64,000 bases of DNA from Squalus acanthias (GCA_030390025.1 CM059432.1:119910001-119974000); one strand, 5' to 3'; numbered from the stretch's first letter, positions 25,326 through 34,686 are shown. The notes: generated by a model not told the origin, from the sequence alone. Numbers and translations: made by a program.

Positions 25326-27137
25326 ATGGCGACCGCGGCAGGACATTGGCAGCGAGAGGGTGGTGTGTTGGACTTTGGAATGACTGTACGAAATGTGATG
25401 CAGGAAAAGATAGCGGATTATGTGTTTGGAAAGGTTAATCTAACGAAAAAGTGGATAAGCGAATTGTTAGCGGATAAGAGCCCACTAGAGGCAGCTGAAA
25501 GGTGGACGGATAGTAAGGAGCATAAAAAGGCAGTTGAGAAAGCAGTCTGGCTTATGTGCTACAAAAGGCAGGTCCAGATTTCTAACCAGACCAATACAGC
25601 GCTAACCGCTCGAATCAAGCAGTTAGAGGAGGAAATGGAGGAGAAGGTTTCTGGAGGGGAGGTGCTCATTAAGAGTTTAAATGAGTTACGCCAGGAAAGC
25701 CAGGAAGTCTCCAGCTACCTTAAAACAAGGGTAGAGTATCTCGAGTGCCAGATCACTGAAGCAAAATTAAACGAGAATAGGATGAAGGACAGATGTAACC
25801 GTCAAGCTGCCCAGATAAGAACTCAAGAAGAGAGCTTAATGGGGGTTAGGTCGGCGTATAAGTTGGCCCTTGAGGATAAGTTTCAGGGAGCCGACCATAG
25901 CGCCTGCGAAAAGGAGATAGAGAGCCTCAAAAAGGCCGTGAATAATGCGAACGGCATGGTGTGCCTTATTAATCCGTCGGCACGCCAGCCGCTAGTAAAT
26001 GAGAGATTTAGAAACTCCCCACCAAGTAAAGCAGAAGAGGTAGTAGCCACTGCGCCCCCCGCGCCACCCAGCTATTCAGAAACCTGGGTTAGGGAGGAAG
26101 CAGCGGAAGAAGCAAAAGAGCCCGTTGAAAAAGAGGTAGAAAAGGGATCGTTGTATCCAGTAACGGGGATTAAAAGGGGCCCAAGCAGAAACGGTGGGGA
26201 AGAACCGGGGGATCTCCTCGGACAGCTGGTGTTGCCTCACAGTTCACATCAGCTGAGGGCCATGATAAACCACGTAAGGAAGCTGACCGAGATAGACGAC
26301 CCTTCCGTACATTTCAGGGAAGTTGAGCAAGCCGCAGCCATCAACGGCTGCGATGATGGGGAGACAGCAAAAATGCTGCTGTTCTCGTTAGATAGCTCGG
26401 TCCTTCAGTGTCTCTCAGGCGATAGCAAGAGGGGAAATAAAAGTTATGAGGAATTGAAAAATGAGGTCCTAGAAGTAGTGGGAGCGAACGACGGAGGTCC
26501 GTTTGCTAGAGTGGGACAGACAGTGCAGATGGAGGGAGAACCCCCGAAGGTTTTTGCCGACAGGCTGTGGCCAGTATATGAGCGCAGCTGTCTAGGTGCG
26601 CCCGAGCGCGAAGATGTGGAAGGCGCCGCTTTAATTCATTGGCTTAGGTGCATAATAGCCAACAGTTTACCAGCCGTTAGAGAGCAGGCAAAAGCCTGGT
26701 TCGATCCCAATGACCTCAACCTTACGGAAGAGTCGGTCTTGAATCGACTCACGTTAGGTTACCGTAACATAAGGGGTATGGCAACACGTCCCTTTAAGGG
26801 AAGAGTACATGAGGTACGACCCGCAGCCCCGGCTCAAAGAGAGTGGCATCAGGAGGGTAATCGCGCCCCACCGGCAAGCAATGCCTGTTACGGGTGCGGG
26901 AAGACAGGGCACTGGCGCAAGCACTGCAGGAACCCTTGGAAGGATTCCAAGGATAAGAATCCCGCGGTCCGAGCCCAGGCGCCTGTCCCGGCTAAGGAGG
27001 CAAAGGTACCCACCTCTCCCGAAGACCTTGAGGCAGTGTTAGGAGTCATGCGCAAGATGGTTTTAAATGCGCGTGGACAGGTGGCGGTCGCAACCGGCCC
27101 CGTAGGTGCCGCAGGACCGTCTAATAGTGCCCCATGA
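25326..27137 (+). CDS. gag: Gag polyprotein (coiled coil, PPSY late motif, capsid-like region, one CCHC knuckle)
   Basis: 603-aa ORF. CYGCGKTGHWRKHC at 26886-26927; PPSY at 26064-26075. The true start may be a downstream ATG. Confidence 0.9.
   Translation: MATAAGHWQREGGVLDFGMTVRNVMQEKIADYVFGKVNLTKKWISELLADKSPLEAAERWTDSKEHKKAVEKAVWLMCYKRQVQISNQTNTALTARIKQLEEEMEEKVSGGEVLIKSLNELRQESQEVSSYLKTRVEYLECQITEAKLNENRMKDRCNRQAAQIRTQEESLMGVRSAYKLALEDKFQGADHSACEKEIESLKKAVNNANGMVCLINPSARQPLVNERFRNSPPSKAEEVVATAPPAPPSYSETWVREEAAEEAKEPVEKEVEKGSLYPVTGIKRGPSRNGGEEPGDLLGQLVLPHSSHQLRAMINHVRKLTEIDDPSVHFREVEQAAAINGCDDGETAKMLLFSLDSSVLQCLSGDSKRGNKSYEELKNEVLEVVGANDGGPFARVGQTVQMEGEPPKVFADRLWPVYERSCLGAPEREDVEGAALIHWLRCIIANSLPAVREQAKAWFDPNDLNLTEESVLNRLTLGYRNIRGMATRPFKGRVHEVRPAAPAQREWHQEGNRAPPASNACYGCGKTGHWRKHCRNPWKDSKDKNPAVRAQAPVPAKEAKVPTSPEDLEAVLGVMRKMVLNARGQVAVATGPVGAAGPSNSAP
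25327..25344 (+). promoter_or_regulatory. Primer-binding site, tRNA-Arg(UCG)
   Basis: TGGCGACCGCGGCAGGAC is the reverse complement of GTCCTGCCGCGGTCG+CCA, the vertebrate tRNA-Arg(UCG) 3' end as recalled. It lies 5 nt after the LTR. Confidence 0.85.
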
Positions 27138-30100
27138 CTAGAACCAGCACAGCCCGTCTACCTGTGTCCGCTCAGCTATGATGCGTGGAGGCGACCTGTG
27201 GTGGAGATGGAGGTAGAGAAACAAAAGGGCAGTTATCTGTTGGACACGGGAGCTTCTTGCACCATAATCCATACAGATGACCCTTTTGACTCGCCGCTAT
27301 CTACCAAGGTCCCATTCACGCTAGCAGGGTTCACAGGGAAAGAACAGGCTGGCACGTTTTCCCTCCCGCTATCCATTCGTTTAGGAACACTTCGCTTTAA
27401 GTGGAAGTGTATACTGATGGCATGGCAAAAGGGGGGTGGAAGAGGTATTCTCGGGTCCGATCTGCTAGCGGGACACGGGATCCTCGTGGACCTCAGAAAT
27501 CACTGTCTCTGGGGGGCTAAAGGGGAAAAGGGCGAAGTAATGGTAATTCAAGGGGAGGAAGAAACAGGGGTCCTGTGTACCGTACAGCCATCCGGAGGCT
27601 ACGACCTCAGGCTTATGGTCGCAGATGTCCCAACGGACATGCAGACGTACGTGACAGATAATATGCACGCGTTTGCAACCCACAAGCACGATTGTGGGAG
27701 GGTGGTCGGGTTTGAGGTCAGCGTAGATGGGGACCCCATGACCCGACCCCAAAAGCAGTATAACTTCCCCAAAGAAGCAGAACCCGATATGGAGGCAGCA
27801 ATGTCTTCCTTGGTGCAGCAGGGCGTGTTGAGGCCGATAGCCACACACGTGAACTCCCCATTATGGCCGGTTAGGAAGCCGGATAATTCGTGGAGAGCCA
27901 CGGTGGACTACAGAGTCCTTAACAGTAACATCCCCGCCTGCGCGCCCACAGTAGCAGCAGTTGCTGACCTAATAGGGAGCATCCCAGCGTCCGCGACCAC
28001 GTTCACGGTGCTGGATATCTCGAACGGTTTTTGGTCCATCCCGCTGCGGCGAGAGGACCAGTACAAGTTTGCCTTTACGTTTAAAGGGCAACAGTACACG
28101 TGGAACTGCTTGCCACAAGGTTTCCACAATAGCCCCAGTATTTTTCACCAGTGTATGGCAGGGAGTTTAAAGGAGTTTAGTCAGCCCAATCAGATAGTAC
28201 AGTATGTGGATGATTTGCTCCTATTTACGGACTCAAGGGAGGAGCACGGACCACTGCTGGACGAGTTATTGGAGCTGTTAGCGAGAAAGGGTTTTAAAGT
28301 AAACCCAAAGAAAGCACGTATCGGTCAGCAGGAAGTAAAATTCCTGGGGCTGACCCTACGCGCTGGGGAAAGAGCCATAGACAAAGCAAGGAGGGAGTCG
28401 GTGCAAGAATTACCGATTCCCAACAACGTAAGGGGTGTGAGGTCCTTCTTGGGACTGACCGGTTACTGCAGGGATTTTATCGAGGATTATGCGGCCACAG
28501 CGGCGCCGCTCCTCCGACTCCTCCATAAGGGAGTAGAGTGGCTTTGGGACGAGGGCTGCCAAGCAGCCTTCGAGAAGTTAAAAAGGGATCTGCAGACCGC
28601 GCCAGCCTTAGGGGCCGTAGATGGGGGGAAGGAGTTTTTCCTGGAGGTAGCTGCCAGCGGAGACAGCTTAAGCGCCGTGCTGCTCCAAGAGCGTCACGGC
28701 AAGCTGAGGCCGGTTGTCTATTCATCCAGGGTATTAACGGATGTGGAGAGAAGTTTTTCCAATTGCGAAAGGCACCTTTTAGCCACGCATTGGGCTGTGA
28801 AAAGATCAGCGATCTTCACAGGGCTCTCTCCCATCACTCTCCTCACACATCACACACCAACTAAGATGCTTCTGGATGGGAGGATTAAAGACGGGACCGT
28901 AAGCAGCGCACGCATTGCGCGTTGGACCCTTCTTCTCTCCCAGTTGGACATCAGAGTAAAAGGTCTTTGCGAGCCCAGGCTTGCGGCCAATTTGGTATAC
29001 CCCGGTACAGCCCACCGGTGTTCGGTGGAGGGGGTGTGGGAAGTCAACATAGGTTTACGGGCCGGGATACATCCCACTGGGCGCGAGATTTATGTTGATG
29101 GGTCTAGCACAGTATCTGCTGGCGAGCGACTCACAGGGTGTGGAGTTTATGACCCTGCGGCAGACCTTGCCCTGGCGATCAAGCTCCCTAGCACCATGAG
29201 CGCGCAGCAGGCTGAGCTGTCTGCCGTGGTGTACGTGGTAACCCACCCAGACATTTTCCCAACCCCATACACGATTTGCTCGGACAGTATGTTCACCTGC
29301 AATTCGTGTACGGAATACCTGGCCATTTGGTCCCGCCGTGGATACACCTCCGCGGACGGGCGACCTTTAACGGTAAAGCCCTTGCTGGAAAAGATCTTAG
29401 CAGCAGCAGTAGGGGAGGAAGGGGAGATTTTCATCCATAAGGTGAAAGCTCACTCCTCCACAGAGCCCCGTGGGGAGGGCAACCGGCAGGCGGATGCGCT
29501 AGCCAGGGAGGGTGCCCGCGACGGTACTTTCTGGAACCCCTATAGAACCGGACCCATAGCAGCGGTCCGAGGTGGGGACGGGAATACCGGGAACACCAGG
29601 GTAGCATTGCCCCTAGACCTTAAGACCGTCCAAGCCCAGGATCCCGCCCTAAAAGCAGTCCTAAAAACGATTGCTGAGGGGAGGCAGGTAGAGGGTCCGT
29701 ACAGTACGGCAACCCTCTCAGTTAAGGAAGGCATGCTGTTCCGCGAGGAGCAGTGGGTTGTGCCGCAGCAGCACAGGAGGGAATTCCTCCAGTTGGCTCA
29801 CGAGGGACCAGGGGCAGGGCACCCCGGGCCCGAGGTTACCTGGCAACGGGTAGAGCAAGCGGGATGGTGGCCAGGGCTCAGGGAACAAGTCCGCGAGTTC
29901 TGTGCAAGCTGTCTTGTGTGCGCTGCAAATAACCCAGACCCCCAGAAAAGGAAGGTGCCCATGGGACACGTAAGAAGGGTAGAGGGACCATGGCAGTCGA
30001 TACAGATCGACTATATAGGACCCCTGCCCACCACCCAGGGAGGTTATAAGTACTGCCTCGTCCTGGTGGATGTGTTTTCCAAGTGGGTGGAAGCCTTCCC

Positions 30101-31640
30101 TTGTCGAACAGCTACGGCACTGGGTACAGCAAAAATCTTGGTCCGGGAAGTGTTCTCGCGGTGGGGACTCCCCCGCTTCGTGGAGTCAGACCAAGGGAGT
30201 CATTTCACCGGCCAGGTGATGCAGAACACCCTCATGCTTTTGGGCATTGAAGGGAAGTGGCACGTAGCACACAATCCCCAGTCATCCGGGATTGTTGAAC
30301 GTATGAACCGGACCCTGAAGGAGAAATTGAGGAAAGAGACTAGGAACTCGCCCCAAAAATGGGCGGAAGTTCTGCCTTTAGTCCTCATGGGGGTCCGGGC
30401 CAGTCAGTCAAAAAGTACGGGGTACTCCCCGCACGAGGTAATGACCGGCAGGCTCATGCGAACCCCCACCCATGTGCTAGCCCCGGTGCTCACTGAGGGT
30501 CAGCTTCAAGAGATCAGCAGGGACAAGTTCGCCCAAACTCTCTTGGAGCGCCTGAAGCAAGTTTATGAGCAGGCGGCTGGGAACATGGGAAGGCAGCACC
30601 AGGGCAATCGCTTGTTGCTGGAACCCCGCAAAACGCGGGAGTGGGAAGTAGGAGACCAGGTCATGGTCAGAAACTACGCCAGAGTAGGGAGTCTGGAACC
30701 ACTGTATATGGGACCCTACAACATTGTAGACAAGGCAAGTCCCATGGTTTACGCCGTAAAAGTACCTCGGCGCACTAAGTGGTTCCACATAAACCAATGT
30801 AAACTGTACCAGCCGGGTGCGCAAGGGAAAACTACAGGGGTAAATCCCGCCAACGGGAAAACACAGCCCCAGGTAGGACCACAAGGCACACAGGCAGGCG
30901 TAGCAGCTTGCATCAGGGGAAGGGACATCCCGGACGATCATGCAGCGTTTTTCTGGAGTTGGGGGTTAGATGACGAGGACCCCAGGGTACCCTGGTCAGA
31001 TGAGGATAGTGCAGATGAGCATAGTGATGATGACGGGTGGTTTCACAGGAACGGTCTGGAAGGATTGGGGCCGATAGGTAGAGAGCCATACGGGGTGGAC
31101 ACACAAGCTGCAGGTCCCGACAGGAGGAGGAAGGAGCTAGAGGAGGCCGGGCCAGCCGCTATGTGGTTCCCAGAGGTGTGGCCGCCCGCTGTAAACGTCC
31201 AGTCCTCAGGGGAGGCAGAGTTCGCGAGTGAAGGGCCGCCTGCTGGGCCGAGCAGGGCGGGGCCCCGAACTGCCAGCCCCGAGGTTAGGGAGGCGGAGTC
31301 AGCGGAGGCGGGGCTGGCGCCTGTGATGGAACCCCAGGTCATCCCGTTGAAGGTCTCGGGACCCGGTCCGTCCGTCACGGAGCCCCCGCCCATAGCAATT
31401 CCCCGTAGGTCAAGCAGAGTACCCCAGCCCAGGAAGACGTGGTCAGGTCCACAGGCTGCCCCAGGGCGTAAGTTTCAGGTTAAGATAACCCGGGTAGAGA
31501 CAGGCCACATCGAGGCAGTAACAGGCTGCGGCAGATCAGAGGAAAGGGTCAGCGCAGCAACAGGCTGCGGCAGATCAGAGGGAAGGGTCAGTGCCCTCCC
31601 ACCGTCGGGAAGAGCTCGCAGCAGCCTTCTCAGGATTTAA
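27138..31640 (+). CDS. pol: Pol (protease-RT-tether-RNase H-integrase plus C-terminal extension), in frame with gag
   Basis: LLDTGAS (27243), LPQGFHNSP, YVDD (28203), degenerate RH (FFLEVAAS), RNase H (IYVDGSS..AQQAEL..SDS..AHS..GNRQADALA), HHCC, D..D35E (30009/30189/30297) and GPY (30711). The frame is open from the gag stop onward. Confidence 0.95.
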   Translation, partial: LEPAQPVYLCPLSYDAWRRPVVEMEVEKQKGSYLLDTGASCTIIHTDDPFDSPLSTKVPFTLAGFTGKEQAGTFSLPLSIRLGTLRFKWKCILMAWQKGGGRGILGSDLLAGHGILVDLRNHCLWGAKGEKGEVMVIQGEEETGVLCTVQPSGGYDLRLMVADVPTDMQTYVTDNMHAFATHKHDCGRVVGFEVSVDGDPMTRPQKQYNFPKEAEPDMEAAMSSLVQQGVLRPIATHVNSPLWPVRKPDNSWRATVDYRVLNSNIPACAPTVAAVADLIGSIPASATTFTVLDISNGFWSIPLRREDQYKFAFTFKGQQYTWNCLPQGFHNSPSIFHQCMAGSLKEFSQPNQIVQYVDDLLLFTDSREEHGPLLDELLELLARKGFKVNPKKARIGQQEVKFLGLTLRAGERAIDKARRESVQELPIPNNVRGVRSFLGLTGYCRDFIEDYAATAAPLLRLLHKGVEWLWDEGCQAAFEKLKRDLQTAPALGAVDGGKEFFLEVAASGDSLSAVLLQERHGKLRPVVYSSRVLTDVERSFSNCERHLLATHWAVKRSAIFTGLSPITLLTHHTPTKMLLDGRIKDGTVSSARIARWTLLLSQLDIRVKGLCEPRLAANLVYPGTAHRCSVEGVWEVNIGLRAGIHPTGREIYVDGSSTVSAGERLTGCGVYDPAADLALAIKLPSTMSAQQAELSAVVYVVTHPDIFPTPYTICSDSMFTCNSCTEYLAIWSRRGYTSADGRPLTVKPLLEKILAAAVGEEGEIFIHKVKAHSSTEPRGEGNRQADALAREGARDGTFWNPYRTGPIAAVRGGDGNTGNTRVALPLDLKTVQAQDPALKAVLKTIAEGRQVEGPYSTATLSVKEGMLFREEQWVVPQQHRREFLQLAHEGPGAGHPGPEVTWQRVEQAGWWPGLREQVREFCASCLVCAANNPDPQKRKVPMGHVRRVEGPWQSIQIDYIGPLPTTQGGYKYCLVLVDVFSKWVEAFPCRTATALGTAKILVREVFSRWGLPRFVESDQGSHFTGQVMQNTLMLLGIEGKWHVAHNPQSSGIVERMNRTLKEKLRKETRNSPQKWAEVLPLVLMGVRASQSKSTGYSPHEVMTGRLMRTPTHVLAPVLTEGQLQEISRDKFAQTLLERLKQVYEQAAGNMGRQHQGNRLLLEPRKTREWEVGDQVMVRNYARVGSLEPLYMGPYNIVDKASPMVYAVKVPRRTKWFHINQCKLYQPGAQGKTTGVNPANGKTQPQVGPQGTQAGVAACIRGRDIPDDHAAFFWSWGLDDEDPRVPWSDEDSADEHSDDDGWFHRNGLEGLGPIGREPYGVDTQAAGPDRRRKELEEAGPAAMWFPEVWPPAVNVQSSGEAEFASEGPPAGPSRAGPRTASPEVREAESAEAGLAPVMEPQVIPLKVSGPGPSVTEPPPIAIPRRSSRVPQPRKTWSGPQAAPGRKFQVKITRVETGHIEAVTGCGRSEERVSAATGCGRSEGRVSALPPSGRARSSLLRI

Positions 31641-31923
31641 AGGGGCCGCCCTGAGAACGGGCGGCATTGTAAAGTTATTAGTTTAAGGTTTTAAGTTTTA
31701 GTTTAAAGTTTTAAGTAGTTTTAATAAGTTTAAGTTTGTAGTGTTTTTAACAGATAACGATAAATGATGGGAGTTTTAAGGCTAGGTTTAGAGGAAGTCT
31801 ATTTAGCAAACGTTGAAGTTTACGTGAGGCGAGGTCAGGGGACCCGCTCACCCTTCACAAAAGCCAGAGACTTTTTGCGAGGCTGGCTACCTCATTCTAT
31901 CTGATCACAGGAACCAAGGAAGG

Positions 31924-34275
31924 ATGGAACGACTTCTAGTTTTGCTCGTGGCAATCGGATGTGGATTGGCCTATCGGGGCCTCACCAAGGATGTCGTGGT
32001 GTTTGGATGTTCCGGGGACACGGCCCCCATCGCGGTGGATGGGACCGGAAGACGGAAGGCAGAAGGGACCAGCACCTATTTCCACAAGGGAAGGTGGCCA
32101 GGATGGCTGGGAACGAACTCAACGGAGTATTCCAGCACATCGGGGTTCGCCTACAAAGAGACTTCTTTAATGTGCCCCAAAGTACGGATCATCGCACCCA
32201 GGATCAGCGTCACCGTCGGCAAACGGATTTGTTTGACCTGCAGTGGGAATGTCCCATTGAGCCGATGGTGGTGGCTGCGAAAGCTGAGCAAAACTATGAG
32301 GAACTCTTCGGTTGAGTGGGAGCGACTGGGTAATAATACCCATCGGACAATTACGGGGACAGATGGACAAGTGAAAGTCTGTTGGGACAAATGGTGGGAA
32401 CCAGATGAGGGGATTTATGTTTGTATGTGGGGGTCAAAGTACGTTTGCCCCAAAGGCATCTCCATATTCTTTATTAACCAGTGGCAGGATAACGGACAGG
32501 GGATGAGGTGGGATGCGAGCACCAGGGGGTGCGGAGCCCCATTCTCCCCGATCCCAGTAAATGCCACTGAGCTCATTACGCGCCCACGCAAAGCCCCGCC
32601 CACGATTCCGGTAGTTCTAACTGAGGAGGAAGGGTGCCCTAAAACTAGTAAGGGACCCGGGAACGGTTTGGTACTGGTCCCCACAGACCAGATACTATTT
32701 CAGGGGGTACATTACGCGGTGGCCTCGGTGATTTTAAATCTCACTGAGGTACGGTTACCAGAGTGGTGCCCCAAAAAGACGGAACAGTTGTATCAGGTCC
32801 TGTTGACCAAGATGTTCAGGCAGTTTTACGAATTTGACTTTGCAGAAATTGATAAGACAAGTTTATACACCGCACCGCAGGAAGTTTTGGATCAAGTTGG
32901 GAGGCAAAGAAGGGGTTTGGTGAACGATGCGTTCACTGCTTTCAACACAGGGACATCTGTGGTCAACGCTCTAGACAGTGTGGAGCTGCAGACCCAGATT
33001 AATGGTTTAAAAACACAGTTAAAGGATATTCTTACAGATGAGAATAAAGTGGTAGGGTCGGGTCTGCACGAGGACCAAGCCATGACACTACACTTAAAAG
33101 AGATTATAGCAGAGCTGGAGAAACATGCGCGTACGGTAAATGCCCTGATTAGGGAAGATCGGAATGCATCCGATCAAGCTGCGCAGAACGAGGTGTGCGT
33201 GCTTTACGGGGCGTGGTTACTGGGCGAGGGCCGCAGTAATTTGGAGGATTTAAAACAAGGTTTGGTCCCGTCCTGGATAAGTAACAAACACCTGCGGGCG
33301 CTCCACCCTTTTCAGAATGCATTAAGTCCGTGCCAGCTCAGGCTAGCTTCAGAAGCTTACCCAGTCCCCGTGGACTGCGGACGTTCAAACCATACTATTA
33401 TGGGAATAGTATTACGCATGCCGGTTTTGGGCAACACAGCAAAGCCCGCCCCGGTGTATCGGGTAGAGAACATTGGTGTCATTCAGGGGGGAGCCCACAT
33501 TCGTTATGCAGCGGTTCCACCTTACGTCATCCGCTGGGAGCAAACGATGACAGGTACAGATCTCTCTGGTTGTCGTGGCAGGGGAGCACACATAATACTG
33601 TGCCCCCAGCACTTGAATGCCTTTTTAACACCACAGTGCGGGTTCAGAACGGCTGGCGCCAAGTCCATGAATTGCACCATGGAGGCAATGGCACAAGATC
33701 ATGTGCCTCCGCAGGTAGCATACATCGGGGGTGGAACATATTGTGTTACCACTGCAGCGCAACACTACCAGCATGGAAACCGTAGCCGGTGTCCGGTGAG
33801 TGACAGCAGTTTCTGTTTTAAACCCAGGGCTGAAGTTCAAGTAGCACAACAGCGGATTATCCCAATCCCTGAACCATCCACTGTTCATCTCACAGTAAAA
33901 GAGAATTTTACCGACTTGCAGCGATTTGTCGCACATTTTGGGTACCTCATTCCCCCTCTCCCCGAGCATTTAACCAAACTTCTGAAAGCCGTCGCGGTGT
34001 CACAAAAGCATTTCTATACTTTAGAACAGAAAACCGTCGAGATAGGTACAGACATTTTGGACATAGTGGTTCCACCGTGGTGGAATCTGTTCACGAATAT
34101 TGAAGTGCCCTCATGGGTCAGAATAGCCTCCCACATTTTAGTCGTCTGTCAAGTGTTTATTGTAGTATACCTTTTGTTTATACATTGTAAAAGAGACAAG
34201 CGCCTCACCAAGCATGAGAACACGGGAGAGTGGCGAGAACGTTACGTGCGCGTGCACGATGAGAGCGCAGTGTAA
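31924..34275 (+). CDS. env: Envelope glycoprotein: class I fusion protein, Mononegavirales F-like, with N-terminal Ig-like domain
   Basis: Signal peptide MERLLVLLVAIGCGLA; furin site RQRR at 32902-32913; hydrophobic peptide plus heptads; Cys-rich region; TM at about 34117-34188; many N-X-S/T sequons. Confidence 0.88.
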   Translation: MERLLVLLVAIGCGLAYRGLTKDVVVFGCSGDTAPIAVDGTGRRKAEGTSTYFHKGRWPGWLGTNSTEYSSTSGFAYKETSLMCPKVRIIAPRISVTVGKRICLTCSGNVPLSRWWWLRKLSKTMRNSSVEWERLGNNTHRTITGTDGQVKVCWDKWWEPDEGIYVCMWGSKYVCPKGISIFFINQWQDNGQGMRWDASTRGCGAPFSPIPVNATELITRPRKAPPTIPVVLTEEEGCPKTSKGPGNGLVLVPTDQILFQGVHYAVASVILNLTEVRLPEWCPKKTEQLYQVLLTKMFRQFYEFDFAEIDKTSLYTAPQEVLDQVGRQRRGLVNDAFTAFNTGTSVVNALDSVELQTQINGLKTQLKDILTDENKVVGSGLHEDQAMTLHLKEIIAELEKHARTVNALIREDRNASDQAAQNEVCVLYGAWLLGEGRSNLEDLKQGLVPSWISNKHLRALHPFQNALSPCQLRLASEAYPVPVDCGRSNHTIMGIVLRMPVLGNTAKPAPVYRVENIGVIQGGAHIRYAAVPPYVIRWEQTMTGTDLSGCRGRGAHIILCPQHLNAFLTPQCGFRTAGAKSMNCTMEAMAQDHVPPQVAYIGGGTYCVTTAAQHYQHGNRSRCPVSDSSFCFKPRAEVQVAQQRIIPIPEPSTVHLTVKENFTDLQRFVAHFGYLIPPLPEHLTKLLKAVAVSQKHFYTLEQKTVEIGTDILDIVVPPWWNLFTNIEVPSWVRIASHILVVCQVFIVVYLLFIHCKRDKRLTKHENTGEWRERYVRVHDESAV

Positions 34276-34686
34276 TGGGAAAACGGCGTCACTCCCGCTC
34301 GCCACGTGCGCCGCGGAAGTTTGTACTCATTGTAAATACGTTGGAAACTCGACATGTTTAAGAGTTGGGATTTGTTTATTTTGGTGATGGTGTTGATTGT
34401 TTGGTTTTTTGGGTTTTGTTTTTCCTTTCCCTGAATAAAAGATAAATATACAGGTGATGCGTGAGGTATCGGCCTGGTTACGCCGGGAAGGAAAACAAGT
34501 GGTGTAAGTTTAAGGGCAAATGATGCCTATGGTGATATAAAGTGTGATTTTCTTGGGAAATAAGGACGACACAGAGACCCTAGTGAAGTTAAAATTTTAT
34601 GGGATTAATTTACTGGATTCGGAGTGAAATCGAGATAAGATTGCTCACCACTGAGTTTTTGATACGATAAGCGGAGTTATTCGCAT

